DNA of 64,000 nucleotides from Thermodesulfobacteriota bacterium (GCA_040755455.1 JBFMAY010000008.1:34918-98917); one strand, 5' to 3'; positions 31,702-41,924 are shown, numbered from the stretch's first letter. Notes: generated from the letters alone by a model not told the origin. Numbers and translations are program-made.

Positions 31702-31713
31702 GGAGAGACAACC

Positions 31714-32280
31714 ATGAAAATGGCAGTTCTTCTTTCCGGCAGCGGCCGCACCCTGGATAATTTCCATGAAAGAATCGCGGCCGGCACCATGCAGGGCCGC
31801 ATCGTGCTGGTCGTCTCCAATGTAAAAGACGCCCTTGGTCTGCAAAAAGCCCGGAACTACGGCTATCCCGCCTTTCATGCCACCGACAACGCCGCCATCA
31901 ACCAGCTGATCAGCGAGCATGGGGCGGAATTGATCCTGCTCGCCGGGTTTCTCAAGCTGTATACGCCTCCCGCCCATCTGCGGCGCAATGTGCTCAATAT
32001 CCATCCCTCGCTGATCCCCTCGTTCTGCGGCGCCGGTTTTTATGGCATGAAGGTGCACCGGGCCGTGCATCAGCGCGGGGTGAAGGTGAGCGGCTGCACC
32101 GTGCATTTTGCCAATGAGGTGTATGACGAGGGACCCATCGTTGTGCAGAAATGTGTGCAGCTGGCTAACAATGACACGCCGGATGACATAGCGCACAAGG
32201 TGTTTGCGGCGGAGTGCGAGGCCTATCCCGCGGCGGTCAATCTGGTGCATGAAAAGGGCATTGACGCCTTCTGGCGGTAA
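31714..32280 (+). CDS. purN: Phosphoribosylglycinamide formyltransferase
   Basis: LSGSG, LAGF, LNIHPSL, SGCTVHF, YDEGPI. Confidence 0.92.
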   Translation: MKMAVLLSGSGRTLDNFHERIAAGTMQGRIVLVVSNVKDALGLQKARNYGYPAFHATDNAAINQLISEHGAELILLAGFLKLYTPPAHLRRNVLNIHPSLIPSFCGAGFYGMKVHRAVHQRGVKVSGCTVHFANEVYDEGPIVVQKCVQLANNDTPDDIAHKVFAAECEAYPAAVNLVHEKGIDAFWR

Positions 32281-32305
32281 CGGCTGACCAAGCAAGGAGA
32301 CAGCG

Positions 32306-32848
32306 GTGGCGAAAAAGAATACAACGATTATGACCGCGCCGGACATCGAACGTTCGCTGACCAGGATGGCGCTGCAGATGATGGAAGACAACCGGGGCAT
32401 CAAGAAACTTGCCCTGATCGGCATCCATACCGGCGGGGTTTTTCTGGCGGATCGGTTGCAGAAGATCATCAAGGCGCATGAAGGAGTGGAGCTGCCGGTG
32501 GGCTCCCTGGACATCACCCTTTATCGCGATGACTGGAGTCTGGTCAGCCAGAATCCCATTGTCAAAAAGACCGAGATCACTTTTTCCGTGGAAGAATACA
32601 CCCTTATCCTGGTTGACGATGTGCTCTATACCGGCAGAACGATCCGCGCCGCCCTTGACGCCATCATGGATCTGGGCCGGCCTCGCGTCATCCAGCTTGC
32701 CGTGCTGATCAACCGGCAGTGCGGGAGGGAGCTGCCGATTCAGCCCAATTACTGGGGCCTTGATGTGCGCGAAAACGTCACTGATCATGTCCATGTCATT
32801 CTCCAGGAAAAAGAAAAACGGGATGAAGTCGTCCTGGAATCCGACTGA
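32306..32848 (+). CDS. pyrR: Pyrimidine operon regulator / uracil PRTase
   Basis: LDITLYRDD, LVDDVLYTGRTIRAA, RELPIQP. Confidence 0.95.
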   Translation: MAKKNTTIMTAPDIERSLTRMALQMMEDNRGIKKLALIGIHTGGVFLADRLQKIIKAHEGVELPVGSLDITLYRDDWSLVSQNPIVKKTEITFSVEEYTLILVDDVLYTGRTIRAALDAIMDLGRPRVIQLAVLINRQCGRELPIQPNYWGLDVRENVTDHVHVILQEKEKRDEVVLESD

Positions 32849-32860
32849 CGCCCCCATGAC

Positions 32861-34231
32861 ATGGAAGAGATAAATAAGAGGTGCAGACGGTTGGAAGAAA
32901 TCAATAAGCGTATTGCGCAGAAGAAAGCGGATTATGCGCGTTATAATTTCAGCAAGGTGCAGAATGATATTCTCAAGACGTTTTTCGACCTGGCCCAGGA
33001 ATACAATTCTCTAGAGGATTTCTATCAGATCAGCGTGGCTGTCCTCCAGGAGTTCATGGGGGTGGAGGCAAGGCTGTATCTGGAAAATGATGAAACCCAT
33101 GCGCTGGTGTTTATCTGCGACAGCACCCACGGCCTGCAGGATGCCGGGGTGATAGCCCCGGCCCATATCATCCTCTGCGATAAGATGTATGCCATCGAGG
33201 GCGCCTTTGTTGCGCCCATCATCAGCAAAATCATGCAGTCGGCCCCTGAACCTCCCAAGGATAAGAAGCTGCTGCTGGGCATGCTTGAGGTTGAAGCCCC
33301 CCATGCCTTAACCGCCCAGGAGCAGTTTTTCCTCGGCAAATTCGCCAATCGTATCGGTTTCAATCTCTATAACCGCCGTATCAGCGTCCAGAATATCAAC
33401 CATCTCAAGTTCATCAACAACCTGGTCATGGATATTGAGCATAATGTCATTATCCCCAACATGTACTTCAAACATCTTTTCAACCGCATCCGCAGCAAGA
33501 TCCGTGATGTGGAAGAGCTGGAGAAGAAGATGAAGAGCATGCGAGACGCCATGCGGATAAACGGGACATCATACGAGGATATCATGGGCAAGGTCTCCTG
33601 CCTGCACCAGGATCTGATCGATTGTCACGAGGAAATGCTCAGGCACCACAGCAACTGCAGCCTTTTTCTGGAAAGCCTTTTCCGGCGTGATCATTTTGAA
33701 AAAGGGCATTTCGTGCTCCATTCCAAAAAATGCTTTGTGGAAAAGGAGGTTATTCTCCCCCAGCTTGAACAATTCACCAGAAGGCTTGAGGCCCAGGGCA
33801 TCACCATTGAGCGGCCCACCGACATGTCATCGGAGCAGATTGCCCTGCGGGTTGATATCGGCCTGTTGTCCCAGGTTTATGCCAACTACTTTTCCAATGC
33901 GGTCAAATACACCGAGGTGATTATTGATCATGCCGGCCGGCCCCGGAAGGCCATTGCCTATGGCCGCAGGGTGTTGCCTGATTATTTCGGGCCGGGGATG
34001 TCGGGGATCAAATTCAATGTTTTCTCCACCGGCCCCCACCTTGACAGTGAAGATGCCGCCGGCATCTATACGGAAGGCTTCCGGGGCAAGAACAGCCTCC
34101 GGCAGGCCGGCACCGGCCACGGCCTCACCTTTGTCAAACAGGTGGTGGAAATGCATGGCGGCGAAGCAGGTTACGAGGCTACGGAGGAAGGAAACAACTT
34201 CTTCTTCATTCTGCCTGTTGATGAAGCATGA
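32861..34231 (+). CDS. Soluble atypical sensor histidine kinase
   Basis: NYFSNAVKYT N box, GTGHGL G2 box, VEMHGG; putative H box DIEHNV; no TM segment. Confidence 0.78.
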   Translation: MEEINKRCRRLEEINKRIAQKKADYARYNFSKVQNDILKTFFDLAQEYNSLEDFYQISVAVLQEFMGVEARLYLENDETHALVFICDSTHGLQDAGVIAPAHIILCDKMYAIEGAFVAPIISKIMQSAPEPPKDKKLLLGMLEVEAPHALTAQEQFFLGKFANRIGFNLYNRRISVQNINHLKFINNLVMDIEHNVIIPNMYFKHLFNRIRSKIRDVEELEKKMKSMRDAMRINGTSYEDIMGKVSCLHQDLIDCHEEMLRHHSNCSLFLESLFRRDHFEKGHFVLHSKKCFVEKEVILPQLEQFTRRLEAQGITIERPTDMSSEQIALRVDIGLLSQVYANYFSNAVKYTEVIIDHAGRPRKAIAYGRRVLPDYFGPGMSGIKFNVFSTGPHLDSEDAAGIYTEGFRGKNSLRQAGTGHGLTFVKQVVEMHGGEAGYEATEEGNNFFFILPVDEA

Positions 34232-36432
34232 GCGGCGCTTTGGTCAGAAGGCCTGAACTGCTTGCCCCGGCCGGATCTCTTGAGGTCTTTGCCACTGCGG
34301 TGGAGGAAGGGGCTGATGCCGTTTATATCGGCGCCCCGGCCTTGAACGCCCGCGCCCTGGCGAAGAATTTCACCCCGGAGGAATTGGCCGCCATGATCGA
34401 TTACGGCCGCAGGAACGGGGTCAAGGTCTATCTGGCCATGAACAGCCTGGTGAAGGAGGACGAGATCCCTCAGCTGGTGGAGCTTCTGGCGCTGCTGGAA
34501 CAGCTCGCTCCCGATGCCCTGATCATCCAGGACCTGGGCCTGTACTCCCTGGTGAGAAAATATTTCCCCTCCTTTACCATGCACGCCAGCACCCTGATGG
34601 GCGCCCACAACTCTCTTGCCGTTCAGCAGTTTGCCGACATGGGTTTCAAGCGGGTGGTGCTGGCCCGCGAGGTGACCCTGGCCGAAACCAGAAAGATTCA
34701 TGATCAGTGTCCGGTGGAGCTTGAGGTTTTTGTCCATGGCGCGCTGTGCTTCAGCTATTCCGGCCTCTGTCTTTTTTCCAGCTATCTGGGCGGCAAGAGC
34801 GGACTGCGGGGCCGCTGCGTGCAGCCGTGCCGGAGGCGTTACAGCTGGGCGGATGCCGGCCGGGGGCAACAGGCCGGGTATTTCTTTTCCATGAATGATC
34901 TGGAGGCGATCGAGCTGCTGCCCCAGCTTGCCCGCGCCGGGGTGGTTTCCTTCAAGATCGAGGGGCGCATGCGCAGCGCAAACTATGTCGGGGCGGTGGT
35001 CCGGGCCTACCGCAAGGTAATTGATGCCGGTGATAATGCGGCCGATGTCCTGCCCCAGGTGCGGGGGCTGCTCCATGACGCCATGGGCCGCCGGCCGACT
35101 GCCGGTTATTTTTCCTCCCCCCAGCCGGCTGATGCCATCACCCCGTTTCAGACCGGCAATATCGGCCACTTTCTCGGCCGGGCGACCGGGGCCAAGGGCG
35201 GCCGCGTCGCGGTGGTGCTGCAGGAGGTTGTGGAACCGGGTGACAGGGTGCGCCTGCATCAGGAGCAAAGCGGCGAGCGCAGTTCCTTTACCGTCAAGGA
35301 AATCCGCCAGGAGGGCCGGGTGGTTGACCGGGGCGAAAAGGGGGAGGCGGTGTCGCTTTTCATGCCCGGGGTGCAGGCTGAGGCCGGGGACGTGCTCTAC
35401 AAGGTGGATGTGCGGAGCCGCAGACAGATGGAGGCCCGCAAAAGCCGGCTGACGCAGCCCGCTCAATTTAAAAAGATGATTGAAAAGGCCGGCAAACAGG
35501 GCAGGGCGCAGACCGTGCTCAAGGCTCTGGCCCTGGCTCCGGCGCCATTGCCGCACCGCGCGGCTTCCCGGGGCAGACAGCTTGCCGCCGGCCGGCAAGG
35601 CAGGCAGCAGCCGGGCGGGCTGCCGGTGTGGCTCAAGGGCGGCGATCTGCGCCTGCTCAACCAGGCGGTTTTTGAGCGGCCGCCGGAGCGTTTGCTGGTG
35701 ACCCTGGACCGGGAGACCTTCCAGCAGCTTGCGCAGCAGAAAAAATCCCGGCAGCATCTGCTGAAAACCATCACCTGGGTTCTGCCGCCGGTGATTTTGG
35801 AAGACGAGGTGCCCTTTTACCGCCAGTCGGTTAATGATCTGCTCCACCAAGGCTTCCGGCAGTGGATGATTGGCCATATCGGTCAATTGCAGCTGTTTGC
35901 AAATTTGGCCGGCAAGACAGGTGAGGGCGGCCGCCGGCCAGCCGCCGGCCAGCCGCAATTGTGCGGCGATTACACCCTGAATGTCCTGAACTCCCTGGCC
36001 GTGGGGCTGCTGCGGGAAATGGGGGTCGATACGGTGCTGCTGTCCATCGAGGCCGACCGGGAGGCCCTGCAAAAGGTGTGCGGCCGTAAGAAGAAGAGCC
36101 GGACAGGTCTGGTCGTCTTCGGGCGACCGCCGCTCTTTACCGCCCGGCTGCAGCCCGATTTTTTTCAGTTCAACAAAACCTTCATCAGCCCCAGGGGCGA
36201 GCGGTTTGAACTTGTCCGCAAATGGGGGCAGACCCTGGCCCTGCCGGACAAGCCCTTTTCCCTCTTTGGCCGGCTTGCCGAACTACGGGAGACGGGCTTT
36301 GATTTTGTCCTGGTTGATCTCTCCTTCGTGCATCTGCACAAAAAAGACATGGCGGCCCTGCGCAAAACCTTTGCCGGTAAAAGCAGGGATCGCTCACCGG
36401 ATTCCTTCAACTTTTTCCGCATCCTGCAGTAA
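34228..36432 (+). CDS. U32-family Fe-S protein (RlhA/TrhP-like RNA hydroxylation factor)
   Basis: PELLAPAG, ELEVFVHGALCFSYSGLC..RGRCVQPCR, FKIEGR. Confidence 0.88.
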   Translation: MSGALVRRPELLAPAGSLEVFATAVEEGADAVYIGAPALNARALAKNFTPEELAAMIDYGRRNGVKVYLAMNSLVKEDEIPQLVELLALLEQLAPDALIIQDLGLYSLVRKYFPSFTMHASTLMGAHNSLAVQQFADMGFKRVVLAREVTLAETRKIHDQCPVELEVFVHGALCFSYSGLCLFSSYLGGKSGLRGRCVQPCRRRYSWADAGRGQQAGYFFSMNDLEAIELLPQLARAGVVSFKIEGRMRSANYVGAVVRAYRKVIDAGDNAADVLPQVRGLLHDAMGRRPTAGYFSSPQPADAITPFQTGNIGHFLGRATGAKGGRVAVVLQEVVEPGDRVRLHQEQSGERSSFTVKEIRQEGRVVDRGEKGEAVSLFMPGVQAEAGDVLYKVDVRSRRQMEARKSRLTQPAQFKKMIEKAGKQGRAQTVLKALALAPAPLPHRAASRGRQLAAGRQGRQQPGGLPVWLKGGDLRLLNQAVFERPPERLLVTLDRETFQQLAQQKKSRQHLLKTITWVLPPVILEDEVPFYRQSVNDLLHQGFRQWMIGHIGQLQLFANLAGKTGEGGRRPAAGQPQLCGDYTLNVLNSLAVGLLREMGVDTVLLSIEADREALQKVCGRKKKSRTGLVVFGRPPLFTARLQPDFFQFNKTFISPRGERFELVRKWGQTLALPDKPFSLFGRLAELRETGFDFVLVDLSFVHLHKKDMAALRKTFAGKSRDRSPDSFNFFRILQ

Positions 36433-36441
36433 ACGGGCGGA

Positions 36442-37221
36442 TTATTCGTCTTTCTCCGGCATAAAGCCAATCAGGCCGGGCAGGCTGATGCGGGCCGGAA
36501 AGATGATTTCCCCTCCGCCTGCCGCGGCCAGGGCCGCTCTGATGCGGGCCATGCCGGCGTTAAAATCCTCATCTGTCAGCAGGGAGAGCTGCGAGACCCC
36601 GTCTTTTTGCAGGACGGGATCATGCAGCACCTCCTTGCCGGCGAAATCCTGGCGCAGACGGGCGCCGGAGAGCCGCTGGCATCCTGTAAAGCCGGCCTCC
36701 TCCATCAACCCGAGCAGGGCGGCCGACGACGGATAGCGCCGCAGGTCCGTTTGACGGGTGCCGGGGAAGTAGTCGTAGACATACCACCTGTCCTGCCCGG
36801 GATGCGGGTCCATGCCGATGATGAGCAGTACCCCGCCGGGCCGGAGAAGGCTGTAAGCCTGGTTGATGAAGTCAGCCGGGTCACGGAAATGATGAACGGC
36901 ATGGACGCAGTAGATGAAATCAAAGGAGCCACGGGCAAAAGGCAGCTGCGCGGCCTCGCCCCGGCAGAGAAGCAGGGCGTCGGATTTTGCCCTGGCCCTG
37001 GCCAGCATACCGGCGGAATAATCCAGTCCATACAGGGCCGCGCGCCCCGCGAGCCGGCTCAACCAGTGGCCGGTGCCGCAACCCACCTCAAGAATCCTGG
37101 CGGCGCGGACCCTGGCGGCCCAGGAGCCGAGCATTTCGGCGACACCCTCCGGCCCGGCGCTGTAGCGCCGGTCGTAGAGCTTGGCGACCTCATCGTAGGC
37201 CACGGCCGGCAATGGCGGCAT
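36442..37221 (-). CDS. Class I SAM-dependent methyltransferase
   Basis: ILEVGCGTG, GLDYS, LPF..SFD, LRPGG. Confidence 0.9.
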   Translation of the reverse strand: MPPLPAVAYDEVAKLYDRRYSAGPEGVAEMLGSWAARVRAARILEVGCGTGHWLSRLAGRAALYGLDYSAGMLARARAKSDALLLCRGEAAQLPFARGSFDFIYCVHAVHHFRDPADFINQAYSLLRPGGVLLIIGMDPHPGQDRWYVYDYFPGTRQTDLRRYPSSAALLGLMEEAGFTGCQRLSGARLRQDFAGKEVLHDPVLQKDGVSQLSLLTDEDFNAGMARIRAALAAAGGGEIIFPARISLPGLIGFMPEKDE

Positions 37222-37245
37222 CGTACCCCTCCCGTTTCCCGCCCC

Positions 37246-37839
37246 TCAGGCGGATTCGGCGCTGTCTTTTTCCCGCTCAGGGGCCGCGGAAAAGTTCACC
37301 GCCGGCATCTCCCCCTGGGTGGCAAGTTCCAGCGCCAGATAGCTCTGTTTACTGAAGCCGAATTTCCCGGCAATGATACTGGCGGGGAAGGATTCCACCA
37401 GGGTGTTCAAGCGGCCGACATAGCTGTTGTACCGGTCCCGGGCCCGCTGCACCTCCTGTTCAATCTCGTCAAGGCTGTTCTGCAGATCAAGAAAATTGCC
37501 GCTGGCCTTCAGATCCGGGTATGCCTCGGCCAGGGCCATCAGTCCGCCAAGGGACTTGGAAATATGGCTTTCTTCCGCCATGCGCTCCGAATTTTGTGAC
37601 TTGCCGGCCAGCCGCTCGGTCTTGTCCTGAAAAATTCTGGCCTCATGGTTGCTGTAGCCCTCAATGACGCGGATCAGATTCGGAATCAGATTGGCCCGGC
37701 GTTTCAGGGCCACATCGATGGCGCTCCAAGACTCTTCGATCTTGTTGCGGTATCTGACAAACTTATTGTAGGTGCTGATGGTCCAGGCAAAAAGTACGAA
37801 AACAAAAAAACATAAAGGAATGATAAGCTCCGGCCGCAT
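37246..37839 (-). CDS. lemA: LemA family protein
   Basis: N-terminal TM, IDVALKRRANLIPNL, EAYPDLKA, FPASIIA. Confidence 0.92.
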   Translation of the reverse strand: MRPELIIPLCFFVFVLFAWTISTYNKFVRYRNKIEESWSAIDVALKRRANLIPNLIRVIEGYSNHEARIFQDKTERLAGKSQNSERMAEESHISKSLGGLMALAEAYPDLKASGNFLDLQNSLDEIEQEVQRARDRYNSYVGRLNTLVESFPASIIAGKFGFSKQSYLALELATQGEMPAVNFSAAPEREKDSAESA

Positions 37840-38172
37840 ACCGAAATAATCTCCCTGGTTGATGTTGCATTGAGTGAAGGCAGGCGGATACCCCGGCCGC
37901 TCTGCGCCGTCGACTGCTGTTCAATCCGCTGCAGCAATATTCCTAGCATAAGCCCATGGCACATGGCAAGGGTATTGTTGTCCGGTAGCATTTGCGGCGG
38001 CAGGGAGGAAAAATTTGCCGCCTTAACGGCACGGCAAGGAGTCATCATTGCCGGCACATCGTCAAATTATTGACCTTGCTGTCTGCCGTTTATCGGTCAA
38101 GTAGGGCAAAAACATCATGAAAATGGCCTGTTATGCGAAAAATACCGCCCATGTTCGGCCAGGGCTGGCAGG

Positions 38173-38187
38173 TGGCACGAAATCTGC
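38173..38187 (+). promoter_or_regulatory. sigma54 (-24/-12) promoter
   Basis: TGGCACG-AAAT-CTGC with GG-N10-GC spacing, 150 bp upstream of the ORF at 38337. Confidence 0.6.
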
Positions 38188-38336
38188 CTGACGTTTTGTT
38201 ATGATGCGGTAATTCAGCAACTGCCGGCACAATGACTTCATGAATACCACCCCTTGCCGGGTATTCCTGCTAGCGTAAACAATGAAGGCCAAATCCCGCC
38301 GGTTTGCCGCTGCACTTCACTATTCGGGTGACTGTC

Positions 38337-39707
38337 ATGAAAGTCCCATCCTTGAAAATCGGAGAATCGATCTGTCACAGGCAGTATTCGGGCCAAGCGT
38401 CACCCGCTTCCTTCGCCCAGGCGCTGGAAGAGGCCAATACCTTTAAGAATCCCGTCGTAACCGCCGCAGACCGTGACCTGCTGCCCCTTGGCGTCATTTC
38501 AAGCGCGCAGCCCACTGTCTCCGACGTGCTGATCAACAACCGGCAATTCAGCAGCGCTACCTGGGACATCATTTATTCCGAAAAAAATGCGCGGAAAAAC
38601 TATGCCAGGATGCAGCCCGGCACCAGGGTGTTCATCGACAGGCAGACACGTGAGCTGATCTGGGCCGCGGGCGATGGCGCGGCGGATTCCCGGCCGGCGC
38701 AGGAGGACGTTCAGGCACCAAAGCCGCAAGGGCGGGAAGCGGCGAGCGGCGGCTCGAACCCTGCCGGCGGGCTTCCTGCCGTTTTGCCGGCTGACTCCGG
38801 GGGCGAGGCCGGCGGCGAAAAGATTTCCCTCGGCCGGCTTGACCGGGAAAACACCATGGTCGCCCAACTGCTGCTGCGGAATCCCCAATATGGCAGGGAT
38901 GCCTGGCGGATTCTCCAGGCGGATAGCAACCGCGGCAAGGATTTTACCGCTATTCAGCGCGGCGAGGAAATTTTCATTGATCCGCGGACCCTGGAGGTAA
39001 GCTGGCAGGGGAGCGCTCCCCGGCAGATGGCTGAGGCACCTGAGGAAGCAGCGGCCGTGGCGGCTGCAGCCGAGGAGTTTTCCGGGGCCGCTGAAGATCC
39101 GAGTGATCCGCTTTCCACCAATCTGGTGCAGGCGGTGGAGTCCTATCTGGGCAGATCCTACCGGGAAATGAACTGCTACGGGCTGCTGGTGCGCGGTTTG
39201 AGCCGTATGGGCATCAAGTATGGCGGCCGCGGCGGACTGCAGGATCAGCTCGTGCAGATGGCAAAAAGCAAAGGCCTGCCAGCCAACGCCTATATGACCG
39301 GTGAAGGATTGGTTGAAGCGTCAGGGGCCAAGGTCTTTACCAAGAGCCTGACCACGGTGAGCAACGTAGAAAAAGCCGCCGGCGCGATCTATAACGAGAT
39401 GGCGCCCTTTCTGCAGAAAGGCTACATCCTCTCCTTTTCCACCCCGACCAGGGGGCATACCGGGGTCATTTCACAGCATGACCAGACGTGGACCTTTATC
39501 AACTCCGGTTATCTGGACAACCAGGTTGAAAAAACCGGGAAAGGCAAGGGCGTCGGCGAAGAGGTTCTGGGCAAGGAGATCAAAAACTGGTGCAAGGTCG
39601 CGGCCAGAAACGGCGAGTCATTGGTGGTCACCCTCGGCCGCCTGCAGGAGGACAAGCTGCGCACTGCCCAGAATCAGAACCAGCCAGCGTTGCAGAAGGT
39701 CATCTGA
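38337..39707 (+). CDS. Hypothetical protein with two internal repeats and an NlpC/P60-like C-terminal domain
   Basis: Repeats ending FIDRQTRELIW and FIDPRTLEVSW; YLGRSY..NCYGLL and GHTGV catalytic-like motifs. Confidence 0.6.
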   Translation: MKVPSLKIGESICHRQYSGQASPASFAQALEEANTFKNPVVTAADRDLLPLGVISSAQPTVSDVLINNRQFSSATWDIIYSEKNARKNYARMQPGTRVFIDRQTRELIWAAGDGAADSRPAQEDVQAPKPQGREAASGGSNPAGGLPAVLPADSGGEAGGEKISLGRLDRENTMVAQLLLRNPQYGRDAWRILQADSNRGKDFTAIQRGEEIFIDPRTLEVSWQGSAPRQMAEAPEEAAAVAAAAEEFSGAAEDPSDPLSTNLVQAVESYLGRSYREMNCYGLLVRGLSRMGIKYGGRGGLQDQLVQMAKSKGLPANAYMTGEGLVEASGAKVFTKSLTTVSNVEKAAGAIYNEMAPFLQKGYILSFSTPTRGHTGVISQHDQTWTFINSGYLDNQVEKTGKGKGVGEEVLGKEIKNWCKVAARNGESLVVTLGRLQEDKLRTAQNQNQPALQKVI

Positions 39708-39770
39708 GGGCCTGATTTAACCCCTTCCTGCTTTTGGCTTGCCTCTTGCCGCGGGGGCGCGAAAATATTT

Positions 39771-41561
39771 TCAGGCCGCCCCGCTTTGATCGGCAATGAG
39801 GCCGGTGTTCCGGCCCTCCGTCTGACCCTGGGCGGGGGACATCCTTTTCCTGCCATCCACCAGTTGCACCAGGGAATCGACTAACTCCTGCATGCTTTGC
39901 GCCTGGCCGCTCATCTCTTCCGAGGCGGCGGCCGATTCCTGGGCATTGGCCACATTCTGCTGCACCACGCTGTTCATTTCATTCACGGCCCGGTTGATCT
40001 GTTCGATGCCTTGGGCCTGTTCTTTGGATGCCGTGGCTATTTCGTCGACGAGTCCGGCGACTTTGCCCGCCTTGTCCGCCAATTCGATAAATCCCTGGTT
40101 TGCTTTCTCGACGGAGGTGTTGCCGTTTTTGACTTTGTTCACCGTCCCTTCAATCATCGTTGAGGTGTTCCGGGCGGCCTCGGCCGCCCGCATGGCCAGG
40201 TTTCTCACCTCGCTGGCCACCACGGCAAACCCGGCCCCTGCTTCCCCGGCCCGAGCCGCCTCCACTGCCGCATTCAAGGCCAGCAGGTTGGTCTGGAAGG
40301 CGATCTCGTCGATGGTCTTGATGATTTTCGAGGTCTCCTCGCTGGCCTGATGGATTTCCGTCATGGAGGCGACCAGATCCCCCATGGCCGTGTCGGCCTG
40401 TTTGATGACCTGGATCGCTTCTTTCATATAGGTATCGGCCAGGGTGGCATTGTCGGCGTTTCGTCTGGTCATGGAGGACATTTCTTCAAGGGAGGAGGAT
40501 GTCTCCTCGATGGAGGCGGCCTGCTCGGTGGCGCCTTCGGAAAGAGACTGGCTGGCCGAGGCTACCATCTCCGACGAGCTGCGGACCTGATAGGTTCCCT
40601 CGGAAATACCGTCGGCAACCTTATTAATGGGGTTGACGATGGAGCGGACCTGAAAAAGGATCAGAATAGCAGCCAGGGCAATGATGGAAAAAGCGACCAG
40701 GCCGCTGATGTAGCCGATCCGGCGGGACGGGGCAAGCATCTCCCCGGTAACCGCGCCGATGGCCAGAATCCAGCGCGGCGTGGGGACCTCCCGGTAGTTG
40801 ACCATTTTCTCCACGCCGGCAAAGGTATAGGTCTGCCGGCCCTGCCGGTCCTTCAGTATCGCTTGGCCGAAGTCGAACTGCTTGATATTCAGGGTCAGGA
40901 TCTGTTTCGGGTCGGGATGGGCCACGACCGTGCCGTCTTCGGAGAGAAGATAGGCGTATCCGGTTTCGAGGACCTTGATGGGGGCAACGAAATTTTTACT
41001 GAGGAAATAAAGGTCCACTACGCCGAAGAAAACGCCGGTGATGCTGTCCCCCTCTTTGACCGGCGCCGAGATAACAAAGACCGGGTTGCCGGTGGCCTTG
41101 CTTTTGGTGATATCGGAGATATAGACACTCCCTTTGAGGGCTTCCTGAAAGTAGCCCCGGTCGGCGACATTGACCTTGCCGATCACGGCCTGATCAGCGG
41201 CGGCGAGCAGTTCGCCTTTGGAGTTGGCCAGGCAGATGTTTTCATAATAGGCATAGTCGTGCATGATTTTAGCCAGGAGCTGATCCGCCGATTTGCGCGC
41301 CTCCATGCCCTCGGCGGAATCGGTCAGCGCGGTTTGATATATTTTCAGGCCGCTCCAGCTGCTTATATCCAGCTGGCGGTCCTTGACCCAGAGATCAAGC
41401 ATCTTCAAGGTGGAATCGGTGACCAGGGTAACCTGCTCGGTGACCGCGGCCTGGAGGGCGTCCCGGCTCTGGATAGAGGAGATTGCCGTGGAGATGCCCA
41501 TCCCGACAATAATCAGGAAGAGCACGGGAAGAAGAAATCTGTTCTGCAGGCTCAATTTCAT
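39771..41561 (-). CDS. Methyl-accepting chemotaxis protein with dCache sensor
   Basis: Two TMs, DRGYFQEA and GYAYL..AHP Cache motifs, IAFQTNLLALNAAVEAARAGEAG.GFAVVA. Confidence 0.96.
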   Translation of the reverse strand: MKLSLQNRFLLPVLFLIIVGMGISTAISSIQSRDALQAAVTEQVTLVTDSTLKMLDLWVKDRQLDISSWSGLKIYQTALTDSAEGMEARKSADQLLAKIMHDYAYYENICLANSKGELLAAADQAVIGKVNVADRGYFQEALKGSVYISDITKSKATGNPVFVISAPVKEGDSITGVFFGVVDLYFLSKNFVAPIKVLETGYAYLLSEDGTVVAHPDPKQILTLNIKQFDFGQAILKDRQGRQTYTFAGVEKMVNYREVPTPRWILAIGAVTGEMLAPSRRIGYISGLVAFSIIALAAILILFQVRSIVNPINKVADGISEGTYQVRSSSEMVASASQSLSEGATEQAASIEETSSSLEEMSSMTRRNADNATLADTYMKEAIQVIKQADTAMGDLVASMTEIHQASEETSKIIKTIDEIAFQTNLLALNAAVEAARAGEAGAGFAVVASEVRNLAMRAAEAARNTSTMIEGTVNKVKNGNTSVEKANQGFIELADKAGKVAGLVDEIATASKEQAQGIEQINRAVNEMNSVVQQNVANAQESAAASEEMSGQAQSMQELVDSLVQLVDGRKRMSPAQGQTEGRNTGLIADQSGAA

Positions 41562-41680
41562 AATGTCATACCAGTTATGGGTGAAGTCCCGGCCGGGCCT
41601 TGCAGTGGTGGGGCTGAAGGCCTTCTTGAGTTGTGCCGGTAGGCTTGATGATCTTGCGGGGTCTCCTTCGCTTGTTCCTC

Positions 41681-41710
41681 ATTATCGGCAGAAAAAAGTC
41701 GCGATGTCAA
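41681..41710 (-). promoter_or_regulatory. Promoter candidate for the MCP gene
   Basis: Minus strand TTGACA-N18-GATAAT overlapping a sigma28-type -10 (GCCGATAA). Confidence 0.45.
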
Positions 41711-41924
41711 GAGATGTCAGCGCCGGCGGGGCTGGGAGCCCAAGGGCGGACTGCGCCATTTTGGATGCGGTGAGGATAGGCGTTTTTTGCGGCCCGCGCT
41801 GGACCGGAAATGATAATTGTCTTTGATTTACTGGGGTTTGAGCCTTTGGGGGCAGCCGGAACGGCCTGTCCAGTTTCCCTGATGCATGCCAACCGGTAAA
41901 CACACTTCCCGGCGGCCGGGAATG

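Noticed and set aside
31702..31713. Frameshifted or pseudogenised purH
   Set aside because: The downstream sequence is an intact purN with its own RBS, not the missing AICARFT half.
34171..36072. 633-aa minus-strand ORF, and similar long antisense ORFs (14871-16214, 31048-32517, 40350-41642, 46185-47696, 52822-54144, 56826-58133)
   Set aside because: Each lies fully opposite a well-supported gene, has no motifs, and is the expected shadow of high-GC codon bias.
38100..38160. c-di-GMP-I riboswitch-like GGCAAA..GAAA sequence
   Set aside because: The second stem and conserved downstream residues are not evident.
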